Shown piece by piece: positions 31,656 through 41,500 of a DNA stretch of 64,000 nucleotides. Position 1 is the stretch's first letter, and each line of letters starts with the position of its first letter. The translations under genes and the position numbers were made by a program. This DNA is from Coriobacteriia bacterium. GTDB lineage: Bacteria; Actinomycetota; Coriobacteriia; WRKU01; WQUG01. Where the stretch lies: the NCBI GenBank assembly GCA_009779855.1, contig WRBC01000001.1, forward strand, positions 85,348 through 149,347. Direction: 5' to 3'. The notes beneath the pieces were generated by a model. It had not been told where the DNA came from. It searched no databases and saw nothing but the letters and a program-made list of their open reading frames with translations.

Positions 31656-31705
31656 TTGCAATTGGGCGAACAGTTGTTTATAATCTACTTGCTATAATAG
31701 TAGAT
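31656..31705 (+). promoter_or_regulatory. uvrA promoter: TTGCAA-17 bp-TATAAT with a CGAACAGTTGTTT SOS-box-like element in the spacer, plus a downstream 8-bp inverted repeat flanking a second TATAAT
   Basis: -35 at 31656-31661, -10 at 31679-31684; CGAAC-N4-GTTT at 31667-31679; AATCTACT...AGTAGATT at 31682-31689 and 31699-31706. Confidence 0.55.
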
Positions 31706-31776
31706 TGAGTATTTTCGCATAACTGATGTTTGTGCAATCGCACTGCCCCCAACACTTCTGCAAGGAGACCTGAGCT

Positions 31777-34644
31777 TTGGCTTTAGAAAAAATTACCATT
31801 AAAGGTGCGAGAGAGCACAATCTTAAAAATATTGATGTCGAAATTCCTCGTGACAAACTAGTAGTAATTACGGGACTTTCAGGCAGTGGGAAATCTTCAC
31901 TTGCCTTTGATACTATTTATGCTGAAGGTCAACGACGTTATGTAGAATCGCTCTCTGCGTATGCACGTCAGTTCTTAGGTCAAATGAGCAAGCCAGACAT
32001 TGACCATATTGAAGGCCTGTCACCTGCAGTCTCCATTGATCAGAAAACAACAAGCAAGAATCCCCGTTCTACCGTAGGAACAGTAACGGAAATTTACGAC
32101 TATCTACGCCTGCTTTTTGCGCGCGTGGGCATTCCTCACTGTCCTGAGTGTGGAATAGAAATTAGCCGTCAGACCCCAGATCAAATAGTCGACGTTATCA
32201 TGCAGCTGCCTGAAGGTGAGCGCCTGCAGGTGCTGGCACCTGTTGTGCGTGGGCGCAAGGGCGAATACACAAAACTCTTTGAAGAGTTGCGCGCAGAGGG
32301 GTTTTCTCGTGTGCGTGTAGATGGGGAGGTGCGCTCTCTTGATGAAAAGATTGAGTTGGATAAAAAATTCAAACATGATATTGATGTTGTTATTGACCGT
32401 ATCGTGCTTCGGGAAAGTTCCCGGTCACGCCTGACTGACAGTGTTGAAGTGGCTCTACGTATTGCGCAAGGCGTTGTGACTATCTTGCGTGATGCGACAA
32501 CAAGTAACGATAAGGATTTGGCGAATGATTCGTCTAAGCTTGAGCAAACCTTTAGTCAGGCACTTGCTTGCCCAGAGCACGGAATATCGATTGGTGAACT
32601 TGCCCCTCGTGACTTTAGTTTTAATGCCCCTTATGGTGCTTGCCCAGACTGTAGTGGTCTTGGTTCAAGGCTAGAGGTTGATCCGTCACTTATTATTCCC
32701 GATGATGAGCTCTCCATAGCTGCAGGTGCGCTTGCCCCCTTTGGTACGGGCGGAAACTACTACCCTCAGCTCTTTGCTGCTATTGCCGACCACTTAGAGG
32801 TAGATGCTGATACGCCATGGCGTGACTTACCGGAATCTGCGCGTGAAAAGCTACTTGCGGGACTTGGGGATGAGCGCATCCAAGTGAACTATGTAACGCG
32901 TAGTGGTCGCCAAACCCATTGGTTTAGTAAATGGGAGGGTGCCATAGCAGAGGTTATGCGCAAGCACGCAGAATCTGAATCGGATATTGTGCGTACAAAA
33001 ATGGAACGCTACATGGCAGTTATTCCCTGTAAGACCTGTGAGGGCGCACGGCTTAAACCAGAAATGCTCGCAGTGACCGTAGGAGATAAGAACATCTTCC
33101 AGGTAACATCGATGGCAGCAAAGGATTCATTGGCCTTCTTTGAAAATCTTAAGCTGAGCGAGCGTGATCTTGCTATTGCTGCTCGTGTTAACAAAGAAAT
33201 TGTTGAGCGTCTCAATTTTCTTGTTGATGTGGGATTAGACTATCTGACACTGGAGCGAGGCACGGCGACTCTTAGTGGGGGAGAAGCCCAGCGTATTCGT
33301 CTTGCGACGCAAATAGGTGCGGGACTTATGGGGGTGCTCTATATTTTGGACGAGCCCAGCATCGGACTGCACCAACGGGATAACGCACGTCTTATAGCAA
33401 CTCTTGAGAGGCTGCGTGACCTAGGTAACACCGTCATAGTGGTAGAGCATGACGAAGACACCATTCGTGCGGCAGACTTCGTGTTAGATATGGGTCCTGG
33501 AGCCGGAGAGCATGGTGGAGACATTGTCGCTAAGGGGACACCGAAGCAGGTGGCACGTAGCAGAAAATCACTTACAGCTGACTATCTAAGTGGACGTCGT
33601 GAAATTCCCGTGCCTGCAAAGCGCAGAGTCCCAGGGCGCGGAGAGATCAAGCTGCAAGGCGCCAGTGAAAACAATTTGCAAAATGTCGACATTACTATTC
33701 CAATTGGGGGGTTAACTGTTGTGACGGGAGTATCGGGTAGTGGCAAGTCCTCGCTTATCACTGACACGCTTGCGCCCTTGCTTGCCAATAGACTGCAGCG
33801 TGCACGTCGTCGTGTAGGCGCCTTTAAAGAGATTAGCGGCCTTGGTGCCTTGGATAAAGTTATCGACATTGACCAAAGTCCTATTGGGCGTACTCCCCGG
33901 TCTAATCCTGCCACCTATACGGGGGTATGGGATGATGTTCGTGGCCTTTTGTCATCTACCCCAGAAGCAAAGGCACGTGGTTATGCCCCTGGACGCTTTA
34001 GCTTCAACGTTGCAGGCGGTAGATGTGAGGCCTGTAAGGGTGACGGACAGATCAAGATTGAAATGCACTTTTTGCCAGACATTTATGTTCCCTGCGAAGT
34101 GTGTGGGGGTAAGCGCTATAACCGCGAAACTCTGCAGGTAACGTATCGCGGTAAAAATGTTAGCGACATTCTAGAGATGAGCGTTGAAGAGGCGCTAAGC
34201 TTCTTTGAAAATATTCCGCCGGTAAGGCGTAAATTGCAGACTTTATTTGATGTGGGATTAGGCTATATACGCTTAGGGCAGGCAGCGACTACCCTCAGTG
34301 GAGGAGAGGCCCAGCGTGTCAAGCTGGCAAGCGAATTGCAGCGCCGTAGTACAGGTAGAACCTTCTATATACTGGACGAACCCACAACAGGCCTGCACTT
34401 CGATGATGTGCGTCAGCTTCTCTTGGTGTTAGAGCGCCTTGTAGATAGTGGCAATACAGTGCTGATTGTAGAGCATAATCTTGATGTCATTAAGAGTGCT
34501 GATCACATCATTGATTTAGGCCCTGAAGGGGGAGAAGGCGGTGGTACGGTAGTTGCCAGCGGGACTCCTGAAGAGGTAGCAAAAGTAAAAGGGTCTTATA
34601 CGGGCAAATATCTTAAAGGTATGCTGAATAAAGTTCATGATTAA
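31777..34644 (+). CDS. uvrA: excinuclease ABC subunit A
   Basis: TTG start 9 nt after AAGGAG; two ABC modules ([18 protein letters not shown]), zinc fingers CPECG / CEACKGDG...CEVCGG. Confidence 0.97.
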   Translation: MALEKITIKGAREHNLKNIDVEIPRDKLVVITGLSGSGKSSLAFDTIYAEGQRRYVESLSAYARQFLGQMSKPDIDHIEGLSPAVSIDQKTTSKNPRSTVGTVTEIYDYLRLLFARVGIPHCPECGIEISRQTPDQIVDVIMQLPEGERLQVLAPVVRGRKGEYTKLFEELRAEGFSRVRVDGEVRSLDEKIELDKKFKHDIDVVIDRIVLRESSRSRLTDSVEVALRIAQGVVTILRDATTSNDKDLANDSSKLEQTFSQALACPEHGISIGELAPRDFSFNAPYGACPDCSGLGSRLEVDPSLIIPDDELSIAAGALAPFGTGGNYYPQLFAAIADHLEVDADTPWRDLPESAREKLLAGLGDERIQVNYVTRSGRQTHWFSKWEGAIAEVMRKHAESESDIVRTKMERYMAVIPCKTCEGARLKPEMLAVTVGDKNIFQVTSMAAKDSLAFFENLKLSERDLAIAARVNKEIVERLNFLVDVGLDYLTLERGTATLSGGEAQRIRLATQIGAGLMGVLYILDEPSIGLHQRDNARLIATLERLRDLGNTVIVVEHDEDTIRAADFVLDMGPGAGEHGGDIVAKGTPKQVARSRKSLTADYLSGRREIPVPAKRRVPGRGEIKLQGASENNLQNVDITIPIGGLTVVTGVSGSGKSSLITDTLAPLLANRLQRARRRVGAFKEISGLGALDKVIDIDQSPIGRTPRSNPATYTGVWDDVRGLLSSTPEAKARGYAPGRFSFNVAGGRCEACKGDGQIKIEMHFLPDIYVPCEVCGGKRYNRETLQVTYRGKNVSDILEMSVEEALSFFENIPPVRRKLQTLFDVGLGYIRLGQAATTLSGGEAQRVKLASELQRRSTGRTFYILDEPTTGLHFDDVRQLLLVLERLVDSGNTVLIVEHNLDVIKSADHIIDLGPEGGEGGGTVVASGTPEEVAKVKGSYTGKYLKGMLNKVHD

Positions 34645-35278
34645 GCGCTACTACATAGTAGGGGTAGTCGGTGCGGGTAAGTCGACTTTGAGGGAACAGC
34701 TTCGCGTGCGTTTACCCTTTTCAAGCACCTACGAAGAATGGCCTGAAGAAATGGCGGCAGAGGTTACCCATGCCATGGGGTCAATGTCGCGCTGCAGCGC
34801 TGAAGAGATTCAAGAGTGGATTTTTGGTCAATTGGCAGACAAGAATAGGCTGATACTAAATGACTCTTCAAGCCTGCAGATAATTGACCGTAGTCCTCTG
34901 GATACGTTTGTTTTTTATCCGCCGCAAGAATGGGGACAGCGCGCTAAGCAGATGCTTGAAGCATTGCGCATGAAGGACTCGACGCCACTAGCATCAGGTG
35001 AACTCCTTTTTCTTGAGGGAAGTCCAAGGGAGATCCATAAGCGCATGGACGAAAGCCGTGGTTACAGCGTTAATAAGATAGCCCAGCAGCAATCCGCATT
35101 TGAGGTGCTTATCGATTGGCTGGAGGAAAATTGCGGCTACAAGATCCTTCGCATCAATACGCGAGGGCTTCCACCGCAAGAGGTTGTGAATAAAGCTTGC
35201 GCTGCTATCAGTACCGTAGGTTATAGTCCCGTTGACATTCAAAGTAGAGTGGAAGAGTTAGCGAGTGGATACTCCTAA
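34637..35278 (+). CDS. P-loop NTPase, nucleoside/nucleotide kinase-like (dNK-like fold)
   Basis: Walker [14 protein letters not shown] motif IIDRSPLD, Arg-rich lid [11 protein letters not shown]; overlaps uvrA stop by 8 nt and uvrC start by 14 nt. Confidence 0.5.
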   Translation: MIKRYYIVGVVGAGKSTLREQLRVRLPFSSTYEEWPEEMAAEVTHAMGSMSRCSAEEIQEWIFGQLADKNRLILNDSSSLQIIDRSPLDTFVFYPPQEWGQRAKQMLEALRMKDSTPLASGELLFLEGSPREIHKRMDESRGYSVNKIAQQQSAFEVLIDWLEENCGYKILRINTRGLPPQEVVNKACAAISTVGYSPVDIQSRVEELASGYS

Positions 35279-37160
35279 ACTAAATCCTCAGATTAATGAG
35301 CAGCTAAAGCATGTTCCTGTGACGCCTGGAGTTTACTTGTGGAAGGGCGCAAACGATCATGTACTTTATGTGGGCAAGTCAAAAGAATTGCGCAAGCGTA
35401 TGCGTCAGTATGTGACGGGCCATGACGGTCGCGAATGGATTGATCGCATGATGACAGAGGTTGTCAGTTTTGACTATGTAGTAACAAGCTCAGAAGTAGA
35501 GGCGTTGATGATGGAAATCACCCTTATCAAGCAGCTGTCTCCGCCCTACAATGTTGCTTTTCGTGACAATAAAAGCTATCCCTATATCGCGCTAACTATG
35601 GGGGATAAATATCCTTCCATCAAGTACACTCGTGAAAAGAAGCGTACAGGGACACGCTATTTCGGACCTTACACTGATGCACGTGGCGCACGCGAGACCG
35701 TTGACACTTTGCGCAGAGTTATTCCGTTATGTCGCAGCACCTGTCCCGAATATAGGCAAGTACAGAGAAGTGACTTCACTAAACCTGTGCCACGTCCTTG
35801 TTTTGACTCACAATTGGGTTATGGTCCAGGGGTGTGCAGTCTTAGTATTAGTCCAGAAGACTATGCCTTGCACGTCAAGGGAGCAATTTCACTACTTGAA
35901 GGGGATAGCCTTGCGCTAGAGCGTGACCTGCAGCAACAGATGGAATCAGCAGCTACTGATCTTAATTATGAGCTTGCAGCCCGTATGCGTAATCGCTTAG
36001 AAGGTCTGCAAAGTATTAAGAAGCGACAGGCGGTTGTTTCTGACAGCAATGCATCTTATGACGTCCTTGGTTTTGCACGAGAAGAAACCATTGCGGCAGC
36101 CTATGTTCTTATCGTGCGAGAAGGAAAAGTTCTTTACGGCAATGATTTCATTTTGGATAAAGGTTTTGATGTAAATTTTGAAAACTTAGCATCAAGTTTT
36201 ATTGGTCGCTACTATAGTGACGCTGGCCAAATCCCCGCAGAGGTTATTTGCGAAATTGATTTGCGAGATAAGAAGGCCTTGGAGACTTTTTTGTCCCAAC
36301 GTCGCCGTGAAGCAAGCGATAATCCGCATGCAGGCAAGGTGCGCCTTATGAGGCCTGAGCGGGGGACAAAGAAAAAACTGCTTGTTCTGGCGCAGCGTAA
36401 TGCAAAGCATGCTTTACTGCGCTTTAAAGTGCGAACGCACTATGACACAGAAAGACTAAACTCTGCACTATTGCAGTTGGAATCGGCGTTATCATTAGAG
36501 AGTCCTCCTTTGCGCATAGAAAGCTTTGATATTTCTACACTGCAGGGCGCACACTCAGTGGGCTCTATGGTGGTATTTACTAATGGAAAAATTGACAAGG
36601 CTGCCTACAGAAGGTTCAAGATTAAAGGGGACTTTGATCAAGCGAATGATGTTGCCATGATGGGGGAGGTTCTTTCCAGGCGCTTCAGTCCTGAGCGCCG
36701 AAAGGATGAGCGTTTTGGACGGATTCCTGATTTACTCTTGATTGATGGAGGAAAACCTCAGCTTAATGCCGTGGCAGCTGTCCTGGATGAGTTAGGTGTA
36801 GAGGATGTTGCCTTAGCAGGACTCGCAAAGCGAGAAGAAGAACTTTGGACAACCTGGTCAGAAGATCCTATAGTACTAAGGGATGGATCTCCCTCGCTCT
36901 ACCTTGTGAAGCGCATACGTGACGAGGCCCACCGTTTTGCCTTGGACTATCACCGCAAACTACGGGACAAGGCTATGACTGCAAGTATTTTAGACGAAGT
37001 TCCAGGTATTGGTCCAAAACGCCGGAAAGCCCTTATCAGGCACTTTGGAAGTTTCAAAAAGATCAAAGAAGCAAGTAGAGAAGAGTTGGAGACAGCACCA
37101 GGGATAACAGAGCAAGTCGCTCAAGATTTGTATGCAATGCTCCATGTTACGTTCAGCTAA
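35265..37160 (+). CDS. uvrC: excinuclease ABC subunit C
   Basis: GTG start; GIY-YIG PGVYLW...VLYVGKSKELRKR, UvrBC-binding region, C-terminal RNaseH-like and HhH domains. Confidence 0.95.
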   Translation: MDTPKLNPQINEQLKHVPVTPGVYLWKGANDHVLYVGKSKELRKRMRQYVTGHDGREWIDRMMTEVVSFDYVVTSSEVEALMMEITLIKQLSPPYNVAFRDNKSYPYIALTMGDKYPSIKYTREKKRTGTRYFGPYTDARGARETVDTLRRVIPLCRSTCPEYRQVQRSDFTKPVPRPCFDSQLGYGPGVCSLSISPEDYALHVKGAISLLEGDSLALERDLQQQMESAATDLNYELAARMRNRLEGLQSIKKRQAVVSDSNASYDVLGFAREETIAAAYVLIVREGKVLYGNDFILDKGFDVNFENLASSFIGRYYSDAGQIPAEVICEIDLRDKKALETFLSQRRREASDNPHAGKVRLMRPERGTKKKLLVLAQRNAKHALLRFKVRTHYDTERLNSALLQLESALSLESPPLRIESFDISTLQGAHSVGSMVVFTNGKIDKAAYRRFKIKGDFDQANDVAMMGEVLSRRFSPERRKDERFGRIPDLLLIDGGKPQLNAVAAVLDELGVEDVALAGLAKREEELWTTWSEDPIVLRDGSPSLYLVKRIRDEAHRFALDYHRKLRDKAMTASILDEVPGIGPKRRKALIRHFGSFKKIKEASREELETAPGITEQVAQDLYAMLHVTFS

Positions 37161-37165
37161 CACGC

Positions 37166-38443
37166 ATGCGTACTAAAAACACCATCATACCTACAAGTAA
37201 GAATGCCCTTGTGGTGCTTTTGGCATGTGTGCTGCTCAATCTGTCAATACAGGTCTTGTACACTTGGAGTCTAGTTCGTGTAGAGTTACTTACTCAGTGG
37301 GGCTGGAGTCCCACTGAAGCAGGTCTTCCCTTTACCCTTATCTTGGTATTTTTTGCAGTTGGAGCACTTATTGGTGGCAGATTACAAGACCATTTTGGGC
37401 CTCGCTGGATTGCCGCAGTAGGGGGGCTGATGACTGGGTTAGGCCTGATACTCTCAGGCCTTGTTGGGGACAACCCCTTGGGTGTTGCTTTGAGTTTTGG
37501 AGCTCTAAGCGGCCTTGGCATTGGATTTTCCTATGGAAGTGCGCTCCCAGCTGCGATGAAGTGGTTTCACCCCAGTAAAAAGGGGCTTATTGGTGGGCTG
37601 GTCTTGGGTGGCTTTGCGCTTGCTTCTGTTATGTATGCACCTATTACTGAAGGATTGCTTCGTGGTACTACTATTGAAAATACCTTTCTTTATTTAGGTG
37701 CTGGGGGTGCTTTCGTTAGTTTTCTTATAGCTCAATTTATTAAAAACCCTCCAGAGGATTACGTTCCTGCAAAGCCAAAGAATCTGTCCCGTGCTGTTAT
37801 TACTCAAGATTCTCCCGATCTTGATTATAGGCACATGCTTAAGACACCTGTTTTCTATTTAATGTTCGCTACCTTCGCGCTTACTGCCTCTGTCGGGCTT
37901 ATGATGGTGGGCAATATCTCTAATATCATTAACCTGCAGCTTATTGGAGCAGAGCATGTCACTATCGCAGGCATTGGTATTGCTGTTTTTCTTATCAGCT
38001 TTGTAGCAGTTATTAACACGGTGGCAAGAATTGTTGGAGGAAGTCTCTCGGATAGAATTGGGCGCATCAACACCTTGCTTATTGCCATTATTTTACAGAT
38101 GGTAAATATGACACTTTTCTCATTCTATAACACAGTATTTTTATTGATAGTCGGCTTTGCTTTAGTTGGACTTTGTTTGGGAATATTTCTGACTATGTTT
38201 TCAGCACTTACCAGCGATCAGTTCGGCCTTAAGAACTACGGACTTAATTACGGCATTGTGTATTTGTCCTGCGGTGTTGCAGGTCTTTTGGCACCATTGA
38301 TTGCTGATAGGCTTTATGCCGTGCATAATGATTTTTCTATCACTTACTTAATTTCTGCAGCAATGATGATAATAGCCATTGGACTGACATTGTTGCTGAA
38401 GAGGGTACTTACCAAGCGCGCCAGTGAACTTGAGGAAATGTAA
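37166..38443 (+). CDS. MFS transporter (oxalate/formate antiporter-like family)
   Basis: 12 predicted TM helices; G-x-L-x-D-R-x-G-R-like motif GGSLSDRIGR between TM8 and TM9; weak RBS. Confidence 0.75.
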   Translation: MRTKNTIIPTSKNALVVLLACVLLNLSIQVLYTWSLVRVELLTQWGWSPTEAGLPFTLILVFFAVGALIGGRLQDHFGPRWIAAVGGLMTGLGLILSGLVGDNPLGVALSFGALSGLGIGFSYGSALPAAMKWFHPSKKGLIGGLVLGGFALASVMYAPITEGLLRGTTIENTFLYLGAGGAFVSFLIAQFIKNPPEDYVPAKPKNLSRAVITQDSPDLDYRHMLKTPVFYLMFATFALTASVGLMMVGNISNIINLQLIGAEHVTIAGIGIAVFLISFVAVINTVARIVGGSLSDRIGRINTLLIAIILQMVNMTLFSFYNTVFLLIVGFALVGLCLGIFLTMFSALTSDQFGLKNYGLNYGIVYLSCGVAGLLAPLIADRLYAVHNDFSITYLISAAMMIIAIGLTLLLKRVLTKRASELEEM

Positions 38444-38590
38444 CAAGATAAGAACTGGATGACACTCTGTATTCATGTAGTTATTATTGCGAAGAATTGC
38501 AGAAGTCTTTAACATAATATGTTGCAAATATGTAGACAACATGGCGTAATGATGATACTCTATTCATATCTCAGGAAGAGGGTGATCGCC

Positions 38591-41500
38591 ATGACACGCC
38601 ACGCGACGAGCAAATTTATTCTGGTTTTTTCGATACTTGTAGTAGGAATCCTTGCCATTATCACCATGGAATTGGCCTTCGAGGACTCTGCAGTTGCCGA
38701 TCCACTATCTCCGGGCAGCCCCCCGATGGTAGAGCTTGCAGAATATGTTATCGAAGCTGACCCAGACGGATTCGAATTTAAAGCAGGCACTCTTCAGCAG
38801 CCTAGCCGTGACTTTCCCTTGGCGGGTGAGGTTTTTGTCGGAAAGGCTGTCGAGCACTTGGAGTATCAGGCAGGAGGCATCCAGGGTGCATGTAGAGTAT
38901 GCCACCCAGCGCACCCCCTAGGAAAAACTGACAATTGCAGTCAGTGCCACTTTACTTCTGCAGAGACTACTTCTTCTGTGGAATCTACCTCTGTAGAGTC
39001 CACCTCTTCAGTAGAGGGTACTTCACATCCTGTGGTTAATCGTTACAACGGGCAAATTAGGGTCACGCTAAGTATCCACGGGGCAGACTTCATTAATCAG
39101 TCGGGTGACCCCACCAATCCGCTTGCTCCTCTTGATGATGAGGGGAACCCTGTTTATGTGGAAGTTAGGGATAATCTGGGAGCCTTTGTCCTTGCAGAAA
39201 ATCCTGTTAGTGGAAGCGGTTATTCTTGGAGGATGGATGGCACTACCTTAGTTTGGGAAGTGACTGACCCTACTTTGGTTACAGGAGCAGAGCCTCTAAC
39301 TATTAGCTATATTCTTGATCTTGATATTTCTAAGCCGAACGTTCCTCAAACTGACTTTTGGTACTCGACGGGACGAGCACAGGCGCGCTTTAAGCCTAAT
39401 CCTAACAATTCAAAATATTGGCAAGTAGTTCAACACCAATATGACGAACTGAATGTATCGCTATCCTTTAGTACCAATAGCGGACAATTTGGACTTAACT
39501 CAGGCAGCATACTTGATACTGATGAAGGTTTTGACTTTTTCCTATCCTTTCCCTCTAATGCTGCTGCGGCGGGCCGCGGGCAACCAGCTTTCCTTGAGGA
39601 CGGCATTACCCTGAACCCTGCTGCTAGCTGGAATTATCCCAACTATGCTCAGGCAAGTATCGGTCAGGCATGTGTCGTAAGAAAGGCAAGTGCAGGAACA
39701 ACAAGCCCTATTCTTGCCAGATTGCCCTGGCACCTGTACTACGGCTACAATGGAACTTATGTCATTACCATTATGGACTTAATGGGTCCAGGCACTTTTG
39801 TTCAGTACGATACAGGCATCAGTGGTGGCGGTAACTCGACTGTAGCCCAGTATAGAACCTATATCGATCTTAATTACATTCAGGTTCAAGATGATGGTGA
39901 GTTAACGTATAACTGGCTTGATGACGTACTGATATCTGATATAGGTAAGTTGGGACGCATTAATCTACTGCTTAATCCAAACACAACACTCTTTGATATA
40001 GAAGTTCAGAAAAACTATGGTGGAGAAGAGTACGGCTGGGTTGATGACCTAGGATTTCATGCCCGTTGGGGACAGGACGATAATACTGTTCACAAAGTTA
40101 GATTTAAGGTTGATGGGGGTACTCCTCGCTATGCTAGTTTTGTGTTTGTTGAGGAGACTGCAGATAATTTCGTTTACCGGTATGAAGGCACTTCTGCTGA
40201 GGGTACCTATGTCGAGTTCAGCGTTAACAAGCCTGCTCTTTTGCAAAATATTCGCGCGGTTGATGATGAGGGGCATGCCCTAAATTATACTGCTGAAGAA
40301 TACGATCCATGGGCAGAAAGCGCAAGAAGACCTGACATTGATGTTCTTTACTTCTTTGATGGAAGCACAGAGAGTACGGGTAGTAGCTTCACTGTTGGAA
40401 TTGAGGATGAAGCTGCCCTTGATACAACACTGACCGTAAGTAACCAATTCAAGTCTGCAGCCTTTGGAGACTTGCAGATTATCAAGACATTGGCAGGCAG
40501 TTTCCCTAACTGGGGCGTCGGCTTTAACACACCATTTTCTGTAAGAATATGGGATGAAGATGGATGGAATGGCTCTGTTGAGGCAGGATTTGGTAATTAT
40601 CTCCTCTTTAGACCAAGGATTGAAGATCCAAACAGGGACGATGTAAGTATTCCTTATGGCTATACTGAGGGCACTCTTTACTGTGCTGGAAACGCAGGTC
40701 TGGACACAACTCCAAGCCTCGAGAAGTATATGCAGCGCTACAATGACTTTCTTGATGGCGTAGGAGAATTCGATTCTGTCACGGGAACCAGCGAAGACTG
40801 GTTAGGCGGAGGAACTCATGAAGATTGGATTGGGCCAGATAGTCCCGATCTTTGGTTCTGGAGCGACCCTGTATGGCGAGATGAAGTTCTTCTTAATGGT
40901 GAGACGGTTCTTACTGCCCTTGATGTGAACGTTGCTGAAAACCTCGGTTCTCAGACAGTATCTAATCTGTGGCCAGGCAGATATCGCGTTGTCGAGATTG
41001 GACCAGATGGTGAACCAGGCTTAGATTATGGATTCTTGGACGGGGATAGCTCAATCTGGGAAACCAGTACCCTGTATGCTCAAAATTACGGTGGATATGT
41101 CGAGGCTCCTCTTGGGGTAGTTCCAGCAGAGGGTATCTTGCAGGCGAATGTCACTAATACTTACTTTGATGGTGAAGCAAACCTAGTTATAGAGAAGGTC
41201 TTGATTGGTCCTGCGCACCATTGGGGCATTGATTCAGAGACAGCCTTTGAGATTAGAATCTGGGACGAATCGGAGGAAAATTACCTTCTTCTTGTTCAGC
41301 AAGAAAACCCTAATGATCCAGGTCATCCGTACTATCGTTATGTAGGCATTAGTGACAAAGAGGGCAATTGGACCGTTGATGAAAGCTTGCTAGGAGAATA
41401 TAAGCTTAGTGATGTTCTTGACCATGCTTATATTTACCCAGGACGCTTCACTGTTATTTTGGACCTATTCCATCACGATCACGAAGCCTTCTACATTGAA

